Assembly: GCA_964535035.1 (NCBI GenBank)
Contig: CAZHRV010000118.1
Coordinates: forward strand, 943-64,942
Source of the DNA: an uncultured Rikenellaceae bacterium
Lineage (GTDB): Bacteria; Bacteroidota; Bacteroidia; Bacteroidales; VadinHA17
DNA: 64,000 nt
Direction: 5' to 3'
Shown: piece after piece, positions 31,765-39,417 of the stretch
Position numbering within the stretch: position 1 is the stretch's first letter
How the letters are laid out: each line of letters starts with the position of its first letter
Notes under the pieces: generated by a model
What the model was told of the DNA's origin: nothing
Seen by the model: the letters and a program-made list of their open reading frames with translations, nothing else
Databases searched by the model: none
Program-made: the position numbers and the translations under genes

Positions 31765-33183
31765 ATGAAAAACTTATCTTTATTTGCTTTGATATTCGTA
31801 TCATTGGCATTGGCCTCATGCAGTGATTCGAATCCTATATTGAAAATTGAAGGCGGCCAGATAATTGGTGTGCAGACCCCGACGGAGGGGATTATTGCAT
31901 ATAAGGGTATTCCTTTTGCAGCCCCTCCCGTAGGCGACCTGCGTTGGAAAGAACCGCAGCCCGTAGTGCCCTGGGAAGGCATAAAGGTGGCAGACACTTA
32001 CGGCGATGCTGCCTCGCAAACAACATGGGATCCCGAGAGTTTTTACGGCAGGGAATGGCGCGCCAGCGGCAGTGTTCCGTTCACCGAGGACTGCCTCTAC
32101 CTGAATATCTGGACTCCCGCAGCAGGCAAAACGGGCAAGAAAATCCCCGTTGCCATGTGGATACATGGCGGCGGCTATCGTGAAGGCTTTGCCTATGAAC
32201 CGGAAATGGACGGCGGTGAGGATTGGTCCTCACGCGGTGTAATTTTGGTTCAGGTAACTTACCGTCTCGGCTCTATGGGATTCTTCTCACACCCGCTTTT
32301 ATCGGCTGAAAGCCCCCACGGTGTCTCAGGTAATTATGGCCTGTTTGACCAGGTTGCAGCGCTTAACTGGATTCGTAATAATATCGAACAGTTCGGCGGT
32401 GACCCCAACAACATAACCATCTTCGGTCAGAGCGCCGGCGCCGGCAGCGTCCAGTCATTATGTGCTTCCCCACTGTCCGGGAACCTGATCAGCCATGCAA
32501 TAAGCATGAGCGGCGGCGGACTGAGCGACTTGAGACCAGGTATCCCGCTCGATACTGCCCAACTGGCTAACAAGAAGATGATGGACTATTTTGAGAAGAC
32601 TACATTGGAAGAAATGCGCGCTCTTTCGTTCGAGGAACTTAAGCAAATGTCAGCTGATTACGCGGCTGCCACCAAAAATCGTGTAATGTGGAGTCCTGTT
32701 ATCGACGGTTATCTTTTAACTGGCACTTTCAGTGATCTGGCCCGCACTGGCGAAATTGCCGATATCCCCTATATATTTGGATTTACTGCCAACGATATGA
32801 ATGATATGACGAAGGCCGTGGGAGATTTCTGTGCCCTGCGTGCAGAAAAGAGCAGCAAGCCTGCTTATGCTTATTTATTCGCACGCCCCCTGCCGGGTGA
32901 CGATAGTGGAGCTTTCCACTCATCGGATCTGTGGTATGTGTTCCATTCATTTTCATACAGTTGGCGACCTTTCACGGAGGGCGACGAGGCGTTGAGCAAT
33001 AAAATTGTCGACTACTGGACTAATTTCGCCAGGTACGGCAATCCGAACGGCAAGGAAGAAGGAATTTGGACACCTTACTCTGCCGGGCTTCCTGAATTTA
33101 TGGTATTCGATGTGGATGGAGACGAGGCAGGCTGCACCATGACTAACACTCCCGAATACAAGGGTAACTCATTCAGAAGGTAA
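31765..33183 (+). CDS. Type-B carboxylesterase (para-nitrobenzyl esterase-like), exported
   Basis: It has EDCLYLNIW, the nucleophile elbow FGQSAGAGS and a lipoprotein-type leader (MKNLSLFALIFVSLALASC). Confidence 0.9.
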   Translation: MKNLSLFALIFVSLALASCSDSNPILKIEGGQIIGVQTPTEGIIAYKGIPFAAPPVGDLRWKEPQPVVPWEGIKVADTYGDAASQTTWDPESFYGREWRASGSVPFTEDCLYLNIWTPAAGKTGKKIPVAMWIHGGGYREGFAYEPEMDGGEDWSSRGVILVQVTYRLGSMGFFSHPLLSAESPHGVSGNYGLFDQVAALNWIRNNIEQFGGDPNNITIFGQSAGAGSVQSLCASPLSGNLISHAISMSGGGLSDLRPGIPLDTAQLANKKMMDYFEKTTLEEMRALSFEELKQMSADYAAATKNRVMWSPVIDGYLLTGTFSDLARTGEIADIPYIFGFTANDMNDMTKAVGDFCALRAEKSSKPAYAYLFARPLPGDDSGAFHSSDLWYVFHSFSYSWRPFTEGDEALSNKIVDYWTNFARYGNPNGKEEGIWTPYSAGLPEFMVFDVDGDEAGCTMTNTPEYKGNSFRR

Positions 33184-33236
33184 AAAGTCTGATTAGGAAC
33201 CACATCTGCTTCCATCTTGCTTCCAATAAACTAGAA

Positions 33237-33263
33237 AACCTGTAAATACTTAACTTACAGGTT
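33237..33263 (+). terminator. Hairpin terminator after the carboxylesterase gene
   Basis: A perfect 9-bp stem pairs AACCTGTAA (33237-33245) with TTACAGGTT (33255-33263). A pyrimidine/T-rich tract CTCTTCTTTCTGCTTTG follows. Confidence 0.55.
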
Positions 33264-33277
33264 CTCTTCTTTCTGCT

Positions 33278-33308
33278 TTGTAGATAAGAGGTTTGAAATA
33301 TCTAACCT
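33278..33308. repeat. Right copy of the 31-bp direct repeat TTGTAGATAAGAGGTTTGAAATATCTAACCT
   Basis: It is 29/31 identical to 9452-9482 in the same orientation and lies just downstream of the terminator hairpin. Confidence 0.85.
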
Positions 33309-33402
33309 TCTCAACGGTATTTACGAGATAATTAGACTATCAGATATTCTAGCTGTTATCATTTATTCAGAGTGAGTTTTTGTATTTAGTTTCATTATTA
33401 CC

Positions 33403-33410
33403 TAAATTTG
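33403..33410 (+). promoter_or_regulatory. Bacteroidota-type -7 box TAAATTTG (with TTTG at 33379-33382 as a -33 element) for the TIR gene
   Basis: It matches the TAnnTTTG consensus and lies 22 nt upstream of the ATG at 33433. The TTTG sits 20 nt further upstream. Confidence 0.5.
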
Positions 33411-33432
33411 ATAATGAACTAATAATTCTCCG

Positions 33433-34752
33433 ATGTCAAGCGTCGTTGAAGGATACAATTACGACATCTTCATCTCTTACTGTCAGAAAGACAACAAGCA
33501 TGACGGCTGGGTATCGGAGTTTGTGGAAAGCCTGAAGGGAGAACTCGAATCCAACTTCAAGGAGGATATCAGTGTCTACTTCGACATCAATCCTCATGAC
33601 GGGCTTCTTGAGACACATGATGTTGATGAATCTCTGAAGGATAAGTTGAAATGTATGGTCTTCATCCCAATAATCTCAAGAACATATTGTGATCCCAAGA
33701 CTTTCGCATGGGAGCATGAGTTCAAGGCGTTTATTGAGCTAGTCTCTAATGACAGATTTGGACTGAAAGTGAAACTTCCTAATGGAAATGTGGCAAGCAG
33801 GGTGTTACCTGTAAGTATTTATGACCTGGACCCTGATGATATCAATTTATGTGCATCAGTGTTGGGAAGTGTTTTGAGGGGAATTGATTTCATTTATGCT
33901 GAGCAGGGAGTGAACAGGCCACTTAAACCTGAAGATGATGATAAATCGAATCTGAATAAAACGAAATACCGGGATCAGGTTAATAAAGTTGCACTTGCAA
34001 TAAAAGATATTATTCGAAGCATTAAGGCACCTAATACTTCTGACAAAGCAATTAACAAAGATACCCAGGCTGATATTGAGGAGCGTCTCGATAAGAATGC
34101 AATAACCCGAAGAAAGTTTGTTAAAGGGGTAGCCGGTGCAACTGTTTGTTGTGCATGTTTTTCATTGGATTGTCTGGCAGCCTCAGAAGAGGAAGAAAAG
34201 GATAGAATCGAAGACTGCAAGGGTAATGAACATCTGGCAGCCGTATGCGGAACATATTGCGGAGCCTGCCCGGCTTATATCGCTAAACACAGCGAAGATG
34301 AGCAAATAAAGATGAGACTGCAAAAGAGACTTTCATCCGGGCCGGTGAAGGCACTGAAGACGATTCCGGATCCGAGCTGGATGGATGGCATTCTTTGCGA
34401 CGGCTGTCTCAGCAGTGGCCAGATTCCCTTCCATTGCCAAAGCTGCGCTATGAAGGTATGCGCAGCGAACAAACAGAATGTGACTCGTTGCTCTGACTGT
34501 AAAGAGTTACCCTGCTATCGTATTACGAATATGATTAATACCGGATTGCTGCACCGTGCCGAATACCTGCCAAACCTTGAAAAAATTCGTGAGATGGGCG
34601 TTCAGGAATGGGTTAAATACGAAGAAGAGCGCTGGCGTTGTCCCCAGTGCGGTCTGCCTATGAGCTGGTATGACACCGAATGTGCCGGATGTGGGGAGCC
34701 AAGATCTGAGCAACTGTTTCCATTGACTAAAAATAAAATCCAATCCTTCTAA
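33433..34752 (+). CDS. TIR-domain protein fused through an internal Tat-signal-like hydrophobic segment to a DUF3795-like Cys-rich domain
   Basis: YDIFISYCQKDN, CMVFIPIISRTY and FAWEHEF are TIR-like. ITRRKFVKGVAGATVCCACFSLDCLAA lies mid-protein. The Cys pattern CGTYCGACPAY..CDGC..CQSC..CSDCKELPC..CPQCG..CAGCG is DUF3795-like. Confidence 0.75.
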   Translation: MSSVVEGYNYDIFISYCQKDNKHDGWVSEFVESLKGELESNFKEDISVYFDINPHDGLLETHDVDESLKDKLKCMVFIPIISRTYCDPKTFAWEHEFKAFIELVSNDRFGLKVKLPNGNVASRVLPVSIYDLDPDDINLCASVLGSVLRGIDFIYAEQGVNRPLKPEDDDKSNLNKTKYRDQVNKVALAIKDIIRSIKAPNTSDKAINKDTQADIEERLDKNAITRRKFVKGVAGATVCCACFSLDCLAASEEEEKDRIEDCKGNEHLAAVCGTYCGACPAYIAKHSEDEQIKMRLQKRLSSGPVKALKTIPDPSWMDGILCDGCLSSGQIPFHCQSCAMKVCAANKQNVTRCSDCKELPCYRITNMINTGLLHRAEYLPNLEKIREMGVQEWVKYEEERWRCPQCGLPMSWYDTECAGCGEPRSEQLFPLTKNKIQSF

Positions 34753-34756
34753 AAGG

Positions 34757-34793
34757 TGACAAGTCAAAAGCCTTGCCATGCTACTGAGAAGCT
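34757..34793 (+). repeat. Copy 1 of a ~37-bp direct repeat (TGACAAGTCAAAAGCCTTGCCATGCTACTGAGAAGCTT)
   Basis: By eye about 31/37 positions match copy 2 at 34921-34957. It starts 5 nt after the TIR-gene stop. Confidence 0.75.
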
Positions 34794-34920
34794 TATCTTT
34801 TATACAAATCAGCTCCCCTCTTTGCTTCAGCAGGGAGGGGATGGGGGGTGAGTACATGTGACACCGAGGATTACACCTCTCCACCAAACGGCGGATCGGC
34901 TTGATCCTCTTTTGGTAGCC

Positions 34921-34957
34921 TGACAAGTCAAAAGCTTTGCCACGCTACGCGTGGCTT
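34921..34957 (+). repeat. Copy 2 of the ~37-bp direct repeat; contains a perfect hairpin GCCACGC-TAC-GCGTGGC
   Basis: The sequence is TGACAAGTCAAAAGCTTTGCCACGCTACGCGTGGCTT. The stem pairs 34939-34945 with 34949-34955. Confidence 0.75.
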
Positions 34958-35033
34958 GGGACTTAATTTTTCCATCCCTTATAAAAGCAAGCTTTTAACG
35001 GGCTGAAAAAAATTAAGCCCTGTCGCTTTCGCG

Positions 35034-35050
35034 ACAAGGCTTTTGACTTG

Positions 35051-35051
<1 letters not shown>
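35034..35051 (-). repeat. Inverted partial copy (ACAAGTCAAAAGCCTTGT on the minus strand) abutting the tRNA 3' end
   Basis: The reverse complement of 35034-35051 matches the 17-18 nt core of the two direct copies. It overlaps the tRNA discriminator base by 1 nt. Confidence 0.7.
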
Positions 35052-35122
<71 letters not shown>

Positions 35123-35134
35123 ATATAGTGGGTG

Positions 35135-35142
35135 CAAATTTA
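35135..35142 (-). promoter_or_regulatory. -7 box TAAATTTG (minus strand) for the tRNA
   Basis: The plus strand reads CAAATTTA, 12 nt upstream of the mature tRNA 5' end. Confidence 0.5.
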
Positions 35143-35239
35143 ACATATATGGCTTAATTGTCAAAATAATTGTGATTTTATTTATTTTACCATTTGCCGG
35201 TTGCCGGTAATCGGTTACCGGTAATTAAATATTAATTGC

Positions 35240-35247
35240 TATTTTTG
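35240..35247 (+). promoter_or_regulatory. -7 box TATTTTTG upstream of the superoxide reductase gene
   Basis: It matches TAnnTTTG and lies 55 nt upstream of the ATG at 35303. Confidence 0.4.
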
Positions 35248-35302
35248 CCGTGAACTGTGCATCAGATGGAAGTCTATATGATTCATTAATATAGTAATTA
35301 AT

Positions 35303-35686
35303 ATGCCACGGGTATTCAAAGCAACCGAAATAGAAAAGGAAGAGAAAGAGATAAAACGTGATTACCTCGACCGCCATATGCCTCATGTGATTTGTCCTGA
35401 CCAGGTGAAACGGGGCGAAAAATTCTGTGTGAAAGTGAGGCTCGGTGAAGAATATACCCATCCCGATGACCATGATCATTTCATAAGCGTGATACAACTC
35501 TGGAACAGGGAAACTCTGCTTGCCGAAGCTCGTTATACTGCCGGAGTCTATGGCTCCGAACCCTCACATAGTGAAATAGATTTTTATATTGTAGCCCCGG
35601 AGGTTTCGATGAACCTTTCTGCTATGGCAGTGTGTACAAAACATGGTTTGTGGCAAAGCGAAGATAAACCCGTGAAGGTTATATAA
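35303..35686 (+). CDS. Superoxide reductase (neelaredoxin / desulfoferrodoxin Fe-centre II domain family)
   Basis: The ligand pattern is RHMPHV (E/K-H-x-P type), HPDDHDHFI (H-x5-H) and CTKHGLW (C-x-x-H-G-x-W). The protein is 127 aa. Confidence 0.8.
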   Translation: MPRVFKATEIEKEEKEIKRDYLDRHMPHVICPDQVKRGEKFCVKVRLGEEYTHPDDHDHFISVIQLWNRETLLAEARYTAGVYGSEPSHSEIDFYIVAPEVSMNLSAMAVCTKHGLWQSEDKPVKVI

Positions 35687-35717
35687 AAGCCACTTATCGT
35701 GTGCCGGATATTATTAT

Positions 35718-35725
35718 TATCTTTG
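35718..35725 (+). promoter_or_regulatory. -7 box TATCTTTG upstream of the M23 peptidase gene
   Basis: It matches TAnnTTTG and lies 22 nt upstream of the ATG at 35748. Confidence 0.5.
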
Positions 35726-35747
35726 CGTGCCGGGCAAATAATAAAAG

Positions 35748-36611
35748 ATGGCAAAGAACGATAAGAAAAAACGCAACTGGCGCGATAAATACAGATTTTC
35801 CGTTATCAATGACACAACCTTTGAAGAGGTTTGGAGGATAAGGCTTACTAAATATAATGCCTTTCTGATAATTACTTTTCTGGTACTATTCATTATTGGC
35901 GCCACAGCCTCCCTGATAGCTTTTACCAACCTGCGCGAATTCATTCCCGGCTATCCCGATGTTATTATGCGGCGTAACATCCTTTTAAGCGCCATACGGC
36001 TCGACTCACTGGAAAAGGAACTGGCTGTCAGGGATAAGTATTTCGCAAATCTTAATGCTATCATTTCCGGAAATGAGCCTGTTAACCTGTTTTCAATTCA
36101 GGATACTTCAGGCGATTATGAAGCAATTACCTTTGAAAACTCATCCGAGGATTCAGCATTGAGGGCTCAGGTAGAGAAGGAAGAAAGATTTAATCTCACC
36201 TTGCAGCCAACATCACAGGAATCATTTACAAACCTCGCCGGACTCCATTTTTTCCCCCCCGTAAAAGGGATAATATCGGCCAGATTTGATCTGCGAACAA
36301 GACACCTAGGGACCGATATTGTCACCAAACCAAAATCCACAGTATCTTCAGTACTCGACGGCACCGTAATCTTTACCGGATGGACGATGGAGACAGGTTT
36401 TGTAATAGAAATCCAGCATCCCAACAATATCGTTTCAGTGTATAAACATAATGCTAGCCTGCTTAAAGAGACCGGCGATCTGGTTCGTGCCGGAGAAGCA
36501 ATTTCTATAGTCGGCGACTCTGGCGAGTTATATACTTCAGGACCTCATCTCCATTTTGAGATATGGTACAAGGGAACCCCGCTTGATCCTGAAAAACATA
36601 TTATCTTCTAA
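35748..36611 (+). CDS. M23-family peptidoglycan metalloendopeptidase, membrane anchored
   Basis: HLGTDIV...GDSGELYTSGPHLHFEIW carries the H-x-x-x-D and H-x-H zinc motifs. There is an N-terminal TM segment. Confidence 0.85.
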   Translation: MAKNDKKKRNWRDKYRFSVINDTTFEEVWRIRLTKYNAFLIITFLVLFIIGATASLIAFTNLREFIPGYPDVIMRRNILLSAIRLDSLEKELAVRDKYFANLNAIISGNEPVNLFSIQDTSGDYEAITFENSSEDSALRAQVEKEERFNLTLQPTSQESFTNLAGLHFFPPVKGIISARFDLRTRHLGTDIVTKPKSTVSSVLDGTVIFTGWTMETGFVIEIQHPNNIVSVYKHNASLLKETGDLVRAGEAISIVGDSGELYTSGPHLHFEIWYKGTPLDPEKHIIF

Positions 36612-36628
36612 TAATAATCAAAACCCGT

Positions 36629-37798
36629 ATGCCGGAAAAAATTGCACTATTAGGTTCAACAGGATCAATAGGAACTCAGACGCTTGACGTCATTTCGAGA
36701 TACCCGGATGAATTTAAGGCATCTATCCTGGCAGCTGGCGATAATGTCGGTCTGCTTATACAACAGGCAAAAAAGTTCCGGCCGGATAGTGTCATAATAG
36801 GCAACAGTAATCATTTTAAAAGGCTCAGGGATGAGCTTCACGGTACAGGCATTGAAGTATATGCCGGGGATGAAGCATTGGATCAGGTTGTTTCCCGGTC
36901 AGATGTAACATTGGTTTTAGCGGCTATCGTAGGATATTCGGGACTTAAACCTGTAATAAATGCTATTAAAGCAGGCAAGAAAATCGCTCTTGCCAACAAG
37001 GAGACACTTGTTGCAGCTGGTGAAATAATAAGTAAACTGGTTTCAGAATCGGAAAGCTCCATTATACCTGTTGACTCAGAACATTCGGCTATCTTTCAAT
37101 GCCTTATGGGTGAAGAACATAATAATATTGAAATGATAACCCTGACAGCCTCCGGGGGCCCCTTTCTGAATATGCCCGAAGAAAAACTTAAAAAAGTGAA
37201 ACCGGAGGATGCTCTTATGCATCCCAACTGGAATATGGGCGACAAGGTGACTATCGATTCTGCAACCCTTATGAATAAAGGTCTTGAGGTCATTGAAGCA
37301 AAATGGCTCTTTGATCTTAAGCCCGAACAGATCAAAGTCACAATTCATCCCCAGTCATTAATTCATTCATTTGTCCATTTTACTGACGGATCTGTAAAAG
37401 CACAGCTTGGCATGCCCGATATGAGGATCCCCATACTTTTTGCCTTAACTTATCCCCGCAGATTTGTATCTGATCTTCCAAGACTTGACTTCAGGGAAAA
37501 TAATTCCTTAACCTTTGAGGAACCTGACCTGCGAAGATTCAGAAACCTCTCCCTGGCATACGAGGCATTAAACAGGGGAGGTAATATACCATGCATCCTC
37601 AACGCCGCAAATGAAGTTGCAGTTAAGGCATTTCTTGAGGGTAGGATCGGATTTATGCAAATGCCCGACGTCGTTGAATATTCTCTGGGAAAAATTCCAT
37701 ATATTGCGGCCCCCGAACTTGAGTCCCTTGAGATAACCGATAAACAAACACGGGAAACAACTACGGGCTTCATAAATAAACTTCAAAATAAAAAATGA
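36629..37798 (+). CDS. dxr: 1-deoxy-D-xylulose 5-phosphate reductoisomerase
   Basis: LLGSTGSIGTQTLDV, LANKETLV, VDSEHSAIFQC and HPNWNMG are canonical Dxr motifs. Confidence 0.95.
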   Translation: MPEKIALLGSTGSIGTQTLDVISRYPDEFKASILAAGDNVGLLIQQAKKFRPDSVIIGNSNHFKRLRDELHGTGIEVYAGDEALDQVVSRSDVTLVLAAIVGYSGLKPVINAIKAGKKIALANKETLVAAGEIISKLVSESESSIIPVDSEHSAIFQCLMGEEHNNIEMITLTASGGPFLNMPEEKLKKVKPEDALMHPNWNMGDKVTIDSATLMNKGLEVIEAKWLFDLKPEQIKVTIHPQSLIHSFVHFTDGSVKAQLGMPDMRIPILFALTYPRRFVSDLPRLDFRENNSLTFEEPDLRRFRNLSLAYEALNRGGNIPCILNAANEVAVKAFLEGRIGFMQMPDVVEYSLGKIPYIAAPELESLEITDKQTRETTTGFINKLQNKK

Positions 37799-39129
37799 CA
37801 GTACTGATTAAAATACTTCAGTTTATATTAAGCCTTTCAATTCTTGTCATAATACATGAGCTGGGACATTTTGTCCTGGCGAAATTATTTAAAACAAGGG
37901 TCGAAAAATTCTACTTGTTCTTTGATCCATGGTTTTCACTTTTTAAATTTAAAAGAGGCGAAACAGAATATGGTGTCGGATGGCTTCCTCTGGGTGGTTA
38001 TGTTAAGATATCAGGAATGATTGATGAATCGATGGACAAAGAGCAGATGAAGCAACCCCCGCAGCCATGGGAATTCAGATCGAAAAAATCATGGCAGCGC
38101 CTTCTGATAATGACGGGGGGGGTATTGTTCAACTTTATACTGGCATTGCTGATCTATGTTTTTGTGCTTTTTACCTGGGGCGAAACATTCCTTCCCACCT
38201 CAAATGTTAAATATGGTATTGTTACTGATTCAGTGGGATACAAACTTGGACTCAGAAATGGGGATAAGATACTGTCAGTAGATAACCGGTACATTGAAAA
38301 CTTCTTTCATATAACCTCCGACATAGTACTTAACGACCGTAAAACAATTCAGGTTGAGCGTAACGGAGAGGTGGTGAACATAGACATCACAATGAATTAT
38401 ATCAAGAGAGTGCTGAAAAGAGAGGGGCAAATTGAACCACGAATTCCTTTCGGTCCCTATATGATAACCTCTTTTCAAAAAGAATCACCCGCAAAAGCTG
38501 CCGGAGTACTTATTGACGACGAATTAATCGGTCTGGATGATATTAAGTTTAAATGGTTCGATGAGTTTAAAAAATATCTGACAGAAAATAAAAACCGGCC
38601 GGTAAAGATGAACCTTTTACGCGGGGATGAAACTGTCGATATAACTGTTACACCGACAATTGTCGGCATGCTTGGTATTGGCACCACATCTGTAACACTT
38701 GATAAGATTTTTGAACTTAAAACCATAAACTACGGGTTTTTCCAGTCAATCCCGGCAGGCATTGCCAAAGGATTCAAATCTATCGGAAACTACCTGAAAC
38801 AGTTCAAGCTTATCTTCTCACGGCACACAAAAGCGTATGAATCGCTGGGGGGATTCATTACTATCGGCAGTCTTTTCCCGGCGGTGTGGGACTGGCAGTC
38901 ATTCTGGGAATTGACAGCCTTCCTCTCAATAATTCTTGCTGTTATGAATATCCTTCCCATTCCGGCACTCGACGGAGGTCATGTGATGTTTCTACTATTT
39001 GAGGTCATAACAGGCAGAAAGCCCAGCGATAAATTTCTGGAATACGCACAGATAGCGGGGATGATAATATTGCTGTCGTTACTTGTTCTTGCTAATGGCA
39101 ACGATATCATAAGGTATATCAGGAAATAG
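37795..39129 (+). CDS. rseP: RIP zinc metalloprotease RseP (site-2 protease)
   Basis: It has the HELGH motif in TM1, PDZ-like central regions and the C-terminal NILPIPALDGGH motif. It overlaps the dxr stop by 4 nt. Confidence 0.9.
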   Translation: MTVLIKILQFILSLSILVIIHELGHFVLAKLFKTRVEKFYLFFDPWFSLFKFKRGETEYGVGWLPLGGYVKISGMIDESMDKEQMKQPPQPWEFRSKKSWQRLLIMTGGVLFNFILALLIYVFVLFTWGETFLPTSNVKYGIVTDSVGYKLGLRNGDKILSVDNRYIENFFHITSDIVLNDRKTIQVERNGEVVNIDITMNYIKRVLKREGQIEPRIPFGPYMITSFQKESPAKAAGVLIDDELIGLDDIKFKWFDEFKKYLTENKNRPVKMNLLRGDETVDITVTPTIVGMLGIGTTSVTLDKIFELKTINYGFFQSIPAGIAKGFKSIGNYLKQFKLIFSRHTKAYESLGGFITIGSLFPAVWDWQSFWELTAFLSIILAVMNILPIPALDGGHVMFLLFEVITGRKPSDKFLEYAQIAGMIILLSLLVLANGNDIIRYIRK

Positions 39130-39164
39130 TATTTATTATTTGGTTGCTATTATCAAACTATTAT

Positions 39165-39172
39165 TAACTTTG
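39165..39172 (+). promoter_or_regulatory. -7 box TAACTTTG upstream of tatA
   Basis: It matches TAnnTTTG and lies 23 nt upstream of the ATG at 39196. Confidence 0.5.
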
Positions 39173-39195
39173 CATAAAACTTAATATTTACTGAG

Positions 39196-39366
39196 ATGGG
39201 AAAGATTGGTCTAACCGAGATAATACTGGTACTGCTTATTATCGTTCTGCTTTTTGGCGGTCGTAAGATTCCCGAACTGTTCAAAGGTATAGGTCAGGGA
39301 ATGAAGGAGTTTAAGAAAGCCTCAAAAATTGATGGCGAGGACGATAAAGAAAAGGAAAAGGTATAA
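39196..39366 (+). CDS. tatA: Twin-arginine translocase subunit TatA/E (56 aa; absent from the ORF track because it is <60 aa)
   Basis: It translates to MGKIGLTEIILVLLIIVLLFGGRKIPELFKGIGQGMKEFKKASKIDGEDDKEKEKV. This shows the TM helix, hinge FGG.K.PE, amphipathic helix G..G....FKK and acidic tail. Confidence 0.85.
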   Translation: MGKIGLTEIILVLLIIVLLFGGRKIPELFKGIGQGMKEFKKASKIDGEDDKEKEKV

Positions 39367-39390
39367 TAAAATACTTAGTGTTTTTACTGA

Positions 39391-39417
39391 AGGGGCATTA
39401 CAGATGCCTCTTTTTTA
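39391..39417. terminator. Bidirectional intrinsic terminator between tatA and the convergent radical SAM gene
   Basis: AGGGGCAT (39391-39398), loop TACAG, ATGCCTCT (39404-39411), with a T-run through 39416. It overlaps the stop of the minus-strand gene. Confidence 0.7.

Noticed and set aside
34507-34926. 139-aa minus-strand ORF spanning the 3' end of the TIR gene and the repeat region
   Set aside because: It overlaps the well-supported Cys-rich C-terminus in antisense and runs through non-coding repeats. It has no motifs. It is probably spurious, although minus-strand transcription through this region (the tRNA trailer) is possible.
35225-35497. 90-aa minus-strand ORF opposite the superoxide reductase gene, and the 51686-51961 minus-strand ORF opposite gcvH
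   Set aside because: Both lie antisense to conserved small genes whose motifs are unambiguous, and I found no independent support for either.
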